A stretch of 64,000 nt of DNA from the NCBI GenBank assembly GCA_024688885.1, contig JAILDV010000003.1, forward strand, positions 3,668 to 67,667, in the 5' to 3' direction. The notes below the pieces were generated by a model that was given only the letters and a program-made list of their open reading frames with translations, was not told the origin of the DNA and ran no database searches. Positions 1 through 8,900 of the stretch are shown piece by piece (position 1 is the first letter of the stretch; each line of letters starts with the position of its first letter). The stretch comes from Bacteroidaceae bacterium (GTDB lineage Bacteria > Bacteroidota > Bacteroidia > Bacteroidales > Bacteroidaceae). A program made the position numbers and the translations under genes.

Positions 1-193
1 CTATGTCGTCATGGTTCTTCAGCATCTGGTCAAAGCCGATGATGCAGTTGACCCAAATCTCCTCTGGAGAAAACCGGATAGTCGGCTCTAGCTCCTTGTA
101 TGCAGCATCAATCGTGCGGAAAACCGCATTGACTTTGAAAGCGTCCTTAATACTCCGCTTACTCGCCGTCGTCAACAATCTTCTCATGGTCAT
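1..193 (-). CDS. hypothetical protein, 5' part only (runs off window start)
   Basis: Not in the ORF track because it has no stop in the window. Reading the minus strand from ATG 193..191 gives an open frame to position 1 (MTMRRLLTTASKRSIKDAFKVNAVFRTIDAAYKELEPTIRFSPEEIWVNCIIGFDQMLKNHDDI...). It overlaps the 3' end of ORF 159..1106 by 35 nt, which suggests a coupled two-gene unit. No family recognised. Confidence 0.35.
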   Translation of the reverse strand, partial: MTMRRLLTTASKRSIKDAFKVNAVFRTIDAAYKELEPTIRFSPEEIWVNCIIGFDQMLKNHDDI

Positions 194-1106
194 AATCTGC
201 TATTTGTTTTCTGATTTCGTCAAGTTTCTCTATCAATTCGAAAGTACTTCCTTCGCCTTTGTCTGTCAGCTGGCCCGACTCAAAGTCTCTTATCACTTTA
301 TTTTCAATAGAAGAAAATGCGTCGGCAACATCCTTAAAATTCACCACAGGGGAATTGTAAAAATAGTATGATAACTTATAGTTGTTCTGGGCACTAAGTG
401 CTATAATCATCGCCCAGTCCTCAATCTTGTCATCATCAACATCTATTGCTCTTTTCTTGGAACCTGTCAGCGTCAGTTTTCCTTTTAAGGCGTTGGATGC
501 TTGAGTAAATAGCATAAGACCTTTCAGGTGTTCTTTCATTTGCTGAATGGCGTCAATTCCCTTGACCCTGTCTGGATTTGGGAACTCCCATACTACTTTT
601 TTTACAGAATCTTTCTGATTGATGATTCTTTCGCGAATAATATCCTTGAAATTACTTGCCTGCCATTTACGCTTGATAACCATTCTCAGACCATAATCGT
701 ACAAATGAGCCTTGAATGCTCGTCTGAGATACTTCACCACCTTGTCTGTGTCAGGGCCGAAAGCACTATTTTTCTCTATGGCTATCTGACAAACATCGAC
801 TCTGTTGTCAACGATGACATAGCTGCCAGGATGCTCTTCGTAAGGAATCTTATCATGTCCTTCTAGTAAAGTCTTGTCCTTCACGTTACACAACTCCCAT
901 GCAAATACGCCTTCTCTTCCAATAAAATGGCGATTTGTCAACAGTTGGTCTTCATTCCTTTTTTTGCCTATAACAGTCAAACCATCCTTCAACAGATTGC
1001 TGATGATTTCGTTTGCCATGTCGATGGCTTTTTTTCCTGTTTCTTTATAGAAAAGACTTCTGTTGCCTTCTAGAATTTCGTATGAGTAAATTGCGTATAC
1101 AGCCAT
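159..1106 (-). CDS. hypothetical protein (315 aa), no recognisable family
   Basis: Long ATG-initiated ORF. A TATTTTTG -7-type box lies upstream on the minus strand (rc of 1159..1166). I recognise no catalytic or family motif. It is divergent from the R-M operon. Confidence 0.7.
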   Translation of the reverse strand: MAVYAIYSYEILEGNRSLFYKETGKKAIDMANEIISNLLKDGLTVIGKKRNEDQLLTNRHFIGREGVFAWELCNVKDKTLLEGHDKIPYEEHPGSYVIVDNRVDVCQIAIEKNSAFGPDTDKVVKYLRRAFKAHLYDYGLRMVIKRKWQASNFKDIIRERIINQKDSVKKVVWEFPNPDRVKGIDAIQQMKEHLKGLMLFTQASNALKGKLTLTGSKKRAIDVDDDKIEDWAMIIALSAQNNYKLSYYFYNSPVVNFKDVADAFSSIENKVIRDFESGQLTDKGEGSTFELIEKLDEIRKQIADYDHEKIVDDGE

Positions 1107-1154
1107 AAATGTTTATTTTGATATTTTGGTCAGACCTAACTTGTATTATATTAG

Positions 1155-1273
1155 AGTGCAAAAATACTAAAAACAATTAGAAAAGTGGAGAATTCGCCAT
1201 AAAAAAGACACTTTTTTTGTGAATATTTTGGTTTGATGCACGCTGATTCTGGATTTATTAGTATTTTTGCACT
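1155..1273. promoter_or_regulatory. divergent promoter region bounded by a perfect 16-bp inverted repeat
   Basis: AGTGCAAAAATACTAA (1155..1170) and TTAGTATTTTTGCACT (1258..1273) are exact reverse complements. Each arm contains TATTTTTG (TAnnTTTG, the Bacteroidota -7 consensus) pointing at the flanking gene. Confidence 0.5.
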
Positions 1274-1301
1274 TGTAATATTAACCAAATAACGATTCAC
1301 G

Positions 1302-1505
1302 ATGGCGAAAAATCTGAATAGAATCAAGGCTGTCTTGGCCGACAAGCAGCGCACCAACAAGTGGTTGGCAGAGCAACTGGGAAAAGACCCTGCAACAGTC
1401 AGCAAGTGGTGTACCAACAGCAGTCAGCCCCCGCTGGAAACTCTGGTGAACATTGCCAAGGTTTTGGAAGTGGACATGAACGAACTGATAAGGTTTGAGA
1501 ACTAA
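1302..1505 (+). CDS. XRE-family helix-turn-helix transcriptional regulator (67 aa), possible R-M controller protein
   Basis: The segment KQRTNKWLAEQLGKDPATVSKWCTNSSQPPLETLVNIAKVLEVDMNEL is a typical HTH_3/XRE layout. It is the first gene of a tightly packed operon. Confidence 0.85.
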   Translation: MAKNLNRIKAVLADKQRTNKWLAEQLGKDPATVSKWCTNSSQPPLETLVNIAKVLEVDMNELIRFEN

Positions 1506-1529
1506 TTTTGAGAACGTTGAATCAGAATT

Positions 1530-2474
1530 ATGGCAAAGACGATACATACTATATTATACGATGACGTACTCGACGGTTCCAAGATTATCGAGATGGATAA
1601 TTGTGTGTGCCAATTGAGCGTCATCAGGCGCGGTTATACTGAGTTTATTAAGGAGATGAAGGAGGAACTGTCAAAGCCTGCACTATACATCCTTCTTAAC
1701 CGCGAGAACAGAAAGGCGTATGTTGGCGAAACGGATGTTTTTTTCAAAAGGATAGCCAACCATACAGCAAACAAGGAATTCTGGGATGAGGCATTGGCGT
1801 TTACGGCTAATGATAATTCGCTAACGACGACTGAGGTGAAATATTTGGAGTCACTTTCGTATGAAACAGCCAAACAGGCTCAATCGTATGACTTGTCGGA
1901 GAACTCGCAGGCACCGACCCGTCCACATGCCACCAAGTCTCAGGAGATAAAAATCAAAGAGTTTTTCAAATATGTGACCTTGCTGACCAAGTTTGTGGGA
2001 TGTGATTTGTTTGAGAAATCCTCGCTACAGAAGCACATTGTTCAAGCTTCTATACCTTCTATCCCTAAGATGCCTACGGATTTAGGAGTCAAGCCAGAGG
2101 ATTTGGCTGGTAGAGATGTCACCATAAAATTGAATGGAACGGTTTATCCCAAGTCGCAAATGGGATACGGTGTGATTAAAGAATATCTAAAGAAATATCC
2201 CAAAACATCGATTAGTGAACTGAAGAGTATCTTCCATATTGGTCTCTTGGGCTCGTGGGGACGCTGGAACCTAATAGAAGATGACCTTGAAGCAGCTATT
2301 TCACAAAAGGATGTAGACAACAAGTACCGTCATCTCATCAAAGAACAGTTTATTCTGACAAGTGGCGACAACGTCAAGTTCGTGGTTTGCAACCAATGGG
2401 ACAAGGTTAACGTACTGAATCTGTTGAGAATTGCAAAGGAACAAGGGTGGAGTTATGAAGTCGTAAAGGAGTAA
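1530..2474 (+). CDS. GIY-YIG nuclease family protein with unassigned C-terminal domain
   Basis: 314 aa, starting 25 nt after the HTH gene. The N-terminal ~110 aa carry GIY-YIG-like elements (LYILLN..KAYVGETDVFFKRIANH..EVKYLESLSYE). The C-terminal ~150 aa are unassigned. Confidence 0.7.
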   Translation: MAKTIHTILYDDVLDGSKIIEMDNCVCQLSVIRRGYTEFIKEMKEELSKPALYILLNRENRKAYVGETDVFFKRIANHTANKEFWDEALAFTANDNSLTTTEVKYLESLSYETAKQAQSYDLSENSQAPTRPHATKSQEIKIKEFFKYVTLLTKFVGCDLFEKSSLQKHIVQASIPSIPKMPTDLGVKPEDLAGRDVTIKLNGTVYPKSQMGYGVIKEYLKKYPKTSISELKSIFHIGLLGSWGRWNLIEDDLEAAISQKDVDNKYRHLIKEQFILTSGDNVKFVVCNQWDKVNVLNLLRIAKEQGWSYEVVKE

Positions 2475-2479
2475 TCAAT

Positions 2480-3895
2480 ATGACAAGTACAAATTCTGCA
2501 ATACAATACGATATCAAAAGCGCTAAGAGCATCTTTGAATACAGCAAAGGTTTGTTAGGGAAGACTCTACGTGACTTTGTATGGGAAAACTATGAGCCCA
2601 AGAAGGGTAAAGGAGGTCTTGGACAAATGGTTGAGAATATCTTCTTTCTACTTGAGACAAACAGTAATCCTGCTGCTGACTTCTCAGAAGCAGGAATGGA
2701 GCTAAAGTGTACTCCGCTGAAAAAGAGTAAGCAGGATGAATATCTCATAAAAGAGCGTCTTGTCTGTAATATGATAAACTATTGTGAGGTTGTGAAAGAA
2801 GATTTCGAGCACTCTCATTTCTACTTAAAATGCCAGTTGATGCTCCTGCTTTTCTATTTGCACCAGTCAAATTGTGACAACCTCGACTTAGAATTCATTT
2901 TCTCTGTTCTGTGGAAACTACCAGAGAAAGACCTTCTGATTATTCGTCACGACTATGAAGTAATTATCAATAAGATAAAGCAAGGTAAGGCTCACGAACT
3001 ATCCGAAGGCGATACAATGTATCTTGGCGCTTGCCGTAAAGGCCAAAAAGGTGAGAGCCTTATGAAGCAACCCAACAATCCTGATGTAGATGCCCCTCGT
3101 AGAGCTTTCAGTCTCAAAATGGCCTACATGCGTACCGTTTTGGATTATGTTGTTCAAAGTGGAAAGAATGCTGTATCAAATGTTGTTGGAGTACAATCAG
3201 AGCTTGTTAGCACACAAGCACTTCGCCAACATTCGTTTGATGACATCTTGCTTCTTCGCTTTCAGCCCTTCATGAAAATGTCCTACAAAAAAATTGCGAA
3301 ACGAAAAAATGTGGATATTTCGAATAAACCTAAAAACACATTCGCAATTATAGCGAATGCCATTGCTGCATCTAAAAAATGTCCCAATGTAAATCGTTCT
3401 GAAGAGTTCTTGAAAGCAGGACTGACCATGAAGACAATCCGTGTACAAGCAAATGGCATTATCAAAGAGGCTATGTCCTTCGAAAATATTGACTATATAG
3501 AAGTTGCAGAGTGTAATAACTGGTTTGATTCCCGACTTTATGAACTGTATTCTAGTAGATTTATGTTCGTTGTATATAAGGAAAAGACTTTAGGAAGCGG
3601 CGATTATATTCTAGATGATGTTTTCTTTTGGACGATGCCACAAGATGATTTGGAATGGGCTGAGGTGTATTGGAATCACATCAAAGATAATATACTCGCG
3701 AATCATATATCAGAAAAGTACTGGTGGAAGGGAGCTGATAAGAAAAAGTTCCATGTACGGCCCAAGGCTCAAAAAGCAAAAAATCTTGCTCCTACACCAC
3801 ATGGAGGAAAAGCAAAGAAATTCTGTTATTGGTTTAACAATGAATATGTCCGAGAGATAATAGACAATAGAAATACAATAAGAAATAATGAATAA
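2480..3895 (+). CDS. Sau3AI/MutH-family type II restriction endonuclease
   Basis: 471 aa. The N-terminus has KGKGGLGQMVEN...AADFSEAGMELKCTP (a D-x6-E-x-K arrangement as in MutH/Sau3AI). The size fits two-domain Sau3AI-type enzymes. It overlaps the downstream methyltransferase by 8 nt. Confidence 0.8.
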   Translation: MTSTNSAIQYDIKSAKSIFEYSKGLLGKTLRDFVWENYEPKKGKGGLGQMVENIFFLLETNSNPAADFSEAGMELKCTPLKKSKQDEYLIKERLVCNMINYCEVVKEDFEHSHFYLKCQLMLLLFYLHQSNCDNLDLEFIFSVLWKLPEKDLLIIRHDYEVIINKIKQGKAHELSEGDTMYLGACRKGQKGESLMKQPNNPDVDAPRRAFSLKMAYMRTVLDYVVQSGKNAVSNVVGVQSELVSTQALRQHSFDDILLLRFQPFMKMSYKKIAKRKNVDISNKPKNTFAIIANAIAASKKCPNVNRSEEFLKAGLTMKTIRVQANGIIKEAMSFENIDYIEVAECNNWFDSRLYELYSSRFMFVVYKEKTLGSGDYILDDVFFWTMPQDDLEWAEVYWNHIKDNILANHISEKYWWKGADKKKFHVRPKAQKAKNLAPTPHGGKAKKFCYWFNNEYVREIIDNRNTIRNNE

Positions 3896-5618
3896 GAAAC
3901 AAATACGTGTAGTTGAACTTTTTGCAGGTGTGGGAGGTTTCCGCATCGGTCTGGAGGGCGCATCTGATGCCTATGAGACCATCTGGAACAACCAATGGGA
4001 GCCATCGACCCAGCGCCAAGATGCTTCACTTGTATATCGAGCAAGATTTGGTTCGGAGGGGCATTCTAACAAAGACATCAATCTTGTACGAACTGCAGAA
4101 ATCCCAGACCATGATTTACTGGTTGGAGGTTTCCCTTGTCAGGACTATTCTGTCGCTGCAACATTAAGTCGTTCTGGAGGTATCAACGGCAAGAAGGGTG
4201 TACTGTGGTGGCAAATATATCGCATACTGAACGAGAAAGGTGATAAGAGACCTCAGTACATATTTTTCGAAAATGTTGACCGTCTGCTTAATTCTCCAGC
4301 AACTCAGCGTGGACGTGACTTCGCCATTATTCTGGCTTCGTTGGCAGACCTTGGTTATGTGGTAGAGTGGCGTATCATCAACGCAGCCGACTATGGTATG
4401 CCTCAGCGCAGACGTAGAACATACATCGTAGGTTATCAGAAAGATTCTGCTGTGGGTCGAAAAGTGGAAGAGATGGAGAACTGGGTGAAGTATGACGGTG
4501 TGATGGCAAAGGCTTTTGAATTTAGGCCAAAACCTAACACAGTGTCTTTTTTTGACATTGAAGGTTCAATAAAGGATGTATCTGACAATTTCAACAAGGG
4601 GAGAAAAGACAGCCCATTTGGAAATGCTGGCATGATGATGAGCCGCCATGTTTATTCTGTCGATGCAGAAGCTGTCTACGATGGACCTCGCCAAACACTT
4701 GGCGGTAATTTGATTGATGAGAGTATTATTCCTGACGACTTCTTTATTTCGGAAAATGAACTCCCGAAATGGGAATATGAAAAAGGAGCCAAGAAGATAG
4801 AACGAGTTTCCAAGGATGGTTTCAAATACACTTTTTCAGAAGGAGGCATGGCTTTCCCTGACAACCTTGACCAGCCTTCACGCACTATCATAACAGGAGA
4901 AGGAGGTGCATCGCCATCTCGTTTCAAACATGTTGTAAAAACAGAATCAGGTCGCTATCGCCGCTTGTTACCTATTGAGTTGGAACGTATGAACATGTTC
5001 CCAGACAACCACACACTTCATCCAGATGTGTCGGATGGTAAACGTGCTTTTCTAATGGGCAATGCGCTAGTATGTGGCGTTGTCGAACAGATAGGCAAAA
5101 GTCTATACCAATTCATCTATGACGAAGCACCAGTCTCCTCAAAGCCAATCTTTACAGCCCGCGATGCGAAACCCATGCTGGACTTAGGCTTATTTGCTGA
5201 CGAGGAGAATGTTATTGTCGTAAACCGCCCCAAAAAGCAGTATACCCTTGACAAGACAAAGCACCTGTTAATTGGTGTTGTTAAGAAAGACAACGAGGAA
5301 TACTTCCTAAAAGAAGAACCTACGAAAATTTATTATACTGGCCCCTCTGGAACATTCCCTTCCACCATCGCCCTCAACAAGCTTTATTACTTCATGCCTT
5401 ACATAAAAGGCAAAGGAGTGTCCGACCTCTATTTAATCCGAATTGCTCGTTTGGGGAATAAGGCTGAAGTTCATCCCGAGACAGGCGATGATAGACCACG
5501 GCTTGTATTCGAATTGGAATATATGGAATCGCTACCACATAATCAATGGGTACGCTTGGACAAAGACAAGAACTTTGCCTTTAAGGATACGCTATTAGGG
5601 CGAATCTTCAAAGACTGA
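3888..5618 (+). CDS. DNA (cytosine-5)-methyltransferase with ~155-aa extra C-terminal region
   Basis: 576 aa with C5-MTase motifs I (ELFAGVGGF), IV (GGFPCQDYS), VI (FENV), VIII (QRRRR) and X (GNALV). Residues ~420-576 lie beyond motif X and are unassigned. Confidence 0.95.
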   Translation: MNKKQIRVVELFAGVGGFRIGLEGASDAYETIWNNQWEPSTQRQDASLVYRARFGSEGHSNKDINLVRTAEIPDHDLLVGGFPCQDYSVAATLSRSGGINGKKGVLWWQIYRILNEKGDKRPQYIFFENVDRLLNSPATQRGRDFAIILASLADLGYVVEWRIINAADYGMPQRRRRTYIVGYQKDSAVGRKVEEMENWVKYDGVMAKAFEFRPKPNTVSFFDIEGSIKDVSDNFNKGRKDSPFGNAGMMMSRHVYSVDAEAVYDGPRQTLGGNLIDESIIPDDFFISENELPKWEYEKGAKKIERVSKDGFKYTFSEGGMAFPDNLDQPSRTIITGEGGASPSRFKHVVKTESGRYRRLLPIELERMNMFPDNHTLHPDVSDGKRAFLMGNALVCGVVEQIGKSLYQFIYDEAPVSSKPIFTARDAKPMLDLGLFADEENVIVVNRPKKQYTLDKTKHLLIGVVKKDNEEYFLKEEPTKIYYTGPSGTFPSTIALNKLYYFMPYIKGKGVSDLYLIRIARLGNKAEVHPETGDDRPRLVFELEYMESLPHNQWVRLDKDKNFAFKDTLLGRIFKD

Positions 5619-5642
5619 CACGATTAGGGCAGATATTAGCAA

Positions 5643-5685
5643 ATATCCCGCACAGCACTCACGTTGTACGGGATATTATTTTTCT
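5643..5685 (+). terminator. hairpin terminator after the methyltransferase
   Basis: ATATCCCG (5643..5650) pairs with CGGGATAT (5669..5676), followed by TATTTTT. Confidence 0.55.
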
Positions 5686-5963
5686 TCACTCCCCTCCCCT
5701 CCCACGCCTCACGCAGCGTTCTTTCTCCGAATTTCCGTGTTTTCCGTGTGACCATCTTTATCATTTATCATTTTTCATTTATCATTTTGCCCTGCGCCTA
5801 TCATTTAGCGAAGCGCCTCCCCTTCTTACATCTTTTTTATAGTTTTAATTCGTAGGGTTTGAAATTCTTTGTAACTTTGCAAGCGATTTGGGCACACATC
5901 CCCACCCTGTTTTACAGTCTTGTGGTTATACCCTCGGTGTTGATAAAAAGAAATTGAAACGAT

Positions 5964-8900
5964 ATGGAAACAAAGAAACAATTTTTCTTCATGCGGGCAG
6001 CGATGTCGTTGCTTGTGATGCTCTGCTCACTGGGCGCATGGGCAGATGATAGTGGCAGTTGTGGAACCAACGTTACTTACTCTTATGTTGAATCCACGCA
6101 CACCCTCACCATCAGCGGCTCGGGGGCGATGGAGGACTATCAATATTATATCCAACTGCCGTGGTGCAGTTATGCGAACGCTATTACAACTGTCGTCATT
6201 GAGGACGGCGTGACGAGCATCGGCAATTATGCCTTCTATTGCTGCACTGGCGTGACGAGCATCGAGATTCCTGCCAGCGTGACGAGCATCGGTGATTATG
6301 CCTTCTTTGAATGCACCGGTCTGACGACAGTCACTTTCGACGGTACACCGACATTGGTGAGCATCGGCGGGAGTGCCTTTTGGGGTTCTGGTCTGACAAC
6401 AGTCACCATCCCTGCCAGCGTGACGAGCATCGGCAATAATGCCTTCCAAAATTGTGGTAGCTTAGCAACAATGACAGTGGCTGGCGAGAATAAGGTCTAT
6501 GACTCTCGCAATGGTTGTAATGCGATTATAGAAAAGAATACCAACACATTGATTGCCGGATGTATAAACTCAACCATCCCTGCCAGCGTGACGAGCATCG
6601 GTGATGAGGCCTTCAATTGTTGCTCTGGTCTGACCAGTGTCACCATCCCCGCCGGCGTGACGAGCATCGATGATAATGCCTTCTTTGGCTGCTCTGGCCT
6701 GACCAGTGTCACCATTCCTGCCAGCGTGACGAGCATCGGCGAGGGTGTCTTCGAGTATTGCAAAAATTTAGCAACGATAACTGTGGAAGATGGGAATACG
6801 GTATATAACTCTCGCAATGGGTGTAATGCAATCATAGAAACATCGAGCAACAAACTGATAGCCGGATGTAAAAACACGACTATCCCTGCCAGCGTGACGA
6901 GTATCGGCAATTATGCCTTCTCTGGCTGCTCAGGTCTGACCAGTATCACCATCCCAGCCGGCGTGACGAGCATCGGCGAGGGTGCCTTCGTTGAGTGCAA
7001 TGGCTTGACGTCAATTAGTATCCCTTCCAGCGTGACGAGCATCGGGAATGATGCCTTCGATAGTTGTTCAAATCTGACAACAGTCACCATCCCTTCCAGC
7101 GTGACGAGCATCGGCGAGGGTGCCTTCGCTGACTGCTCTAATCTGATATCTGTCATTGTTAATGCTACAACTCCACCAACACTGGGGGATTATGCTTTCG
7201 AGGATAATTATGATGATGATAATAATGCTAATGATCGCAAGATTTATGTACCTACGGCAAGTGTGGGGAGCTATAAAACTGCTTGGAGCACCTATAAAAG
7301 CGACATTATGGCTTTTATAACTGAAGAGAGCGGCAGTTGCGGAACCGATGTGACATGGAAACTCACAGGCATCCCCGATAATTACGTCCTCACCATCAGC
7401 GGCACGGGGGCGATGGAGGATTATAGCAAATCTTCCGACCGACCGTGGACCGGCTATGCGAATGGTATTAAAACTGTTGTCATCGGGAGTGGCGTGACGA
7501 GCATCGGTGATTATGCCTTCTCTGGCTGCTCTGGTCTGACATCGATTGAAATTCCCTCCAGCGTGACGAGCATCGGCACAAGGGCCTTCCAAGATTGTTC
7601 TGGTCTGACATCGATTGAAATCCCCTCCAATGTGACGAGCATCGGCACAAGGGCCTTCTATGGTTGTTCTGGTCTGACATCGATTGAAATCCCCGCCAAT
7701 GTGACGAGTATCAGCCAAAGTGCCTTCTATGGCTGCTCAGGTCTGACCAGTGTCACCATCCCAGCCGGCGTGACGAGCATCGGCGATTATGTCTTCAATG
7801 AGTGCAGTAACTTAGCAACAATAACTGTTGAAACAAGTAATACGGTCTATAACTCTCGCAATGGGTGTAATGCAATCATAGAAACATCGAGCAACAAACT
7901 GATAGCCGGATGTAAAAACACGACCATCCCTGCCGGCGTGACGAGCATCGGTAAGGATGCCTTCGGATATTGCTCTGGTCTGACGAGCATCGAGATTCCT
8001 GCCAGCGTGACGAGCATCGATGATAATGCCTTCTTTGGCTGCTCTGGCCTGACATCGGTTGAAATCCCCGCCAGCGTGACAAGCATCGGTGAGTATGCCT
8101 TTGATGGCTGCTCCGGTCTGGCTACGGTCACTGTTTATGCCCCCTCTTGCACCTTAGGGGATGAGGCCTTTTCCGCATGCAGCAATTTGAAAAACATCTA
8201 CGTGTTCAGCGACTTGGTGGACGACTACAAGGCTGCTTGGAGTGCCTATGAAAAAAAAATCACGGCAATGACACCCGTGGCAAGCGGCACATGCGGAAAA
8301 GACACTCCAGAGGACGTGACATGGCGGTTGGAAGGCGAAGCAGGCCACTACAGACTCTTCATCAGCGGCACGGGCGAGATGGCGGATTATGGCTATTCCA
8401 GCCAACCGTGGAATACTAATAAGGAATATATCAAAACAGTCTTAATCGAGAATGGCGTGACGAGCATCGGTGAGTGTGCCTTCCAAAATTGCACGAACTT
8501 GTCATCCGTCACCATCCCTGCCTCTGTGACAAGCATCGGGAATGGCGTCTTCATTGACTGCGAAAAGCTGACGACAGTCTCTATCCCTGCCAGCGTGACG
8601 ACCATCGGTGAGAGTGCCTTCGGATATTGCTCTAATCTGACATCGATTGAAATCCCCGCCAGCGTGACGACCATCGGTGAGGAAGCATTCAATAACACTG
8701 CTCTGACATCGATTGAAATCCCCGCCAGCGTGACGAGCATCGGGAATGGCGTCTTCAATGACTGCGAAAAGCTGACGTCAATTACTGTGGCTGAAGGGAA
8801 CGCCAATTATTCTAATGACACAAATGGTGCGCTGTTCAACAAGGACAAGACTACACTAATAATGTATCCTAAAGGAAACAATGCTGATTCATACGAAATC

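Noticed and set aside
3-371. 122-aa plus-strand ORF at the window start.
   Set aside because: It is antisense to the better-supported minus-strand genes (159..1106 and 1..193). It has no motif and an implausible composition.
1-5963. Calling the R-M islet a mobile genomic island on the basis of composition.
   Set aside because: Spot counts by eye suggest it is only modestly more AT-rich than the rest of the window. No integrase, transposase, tRNA junction or flanking direct repeats are visible at its right edge, and the left edge is outside the window. It needs a computed GC/k-mer profile and strain comparison.
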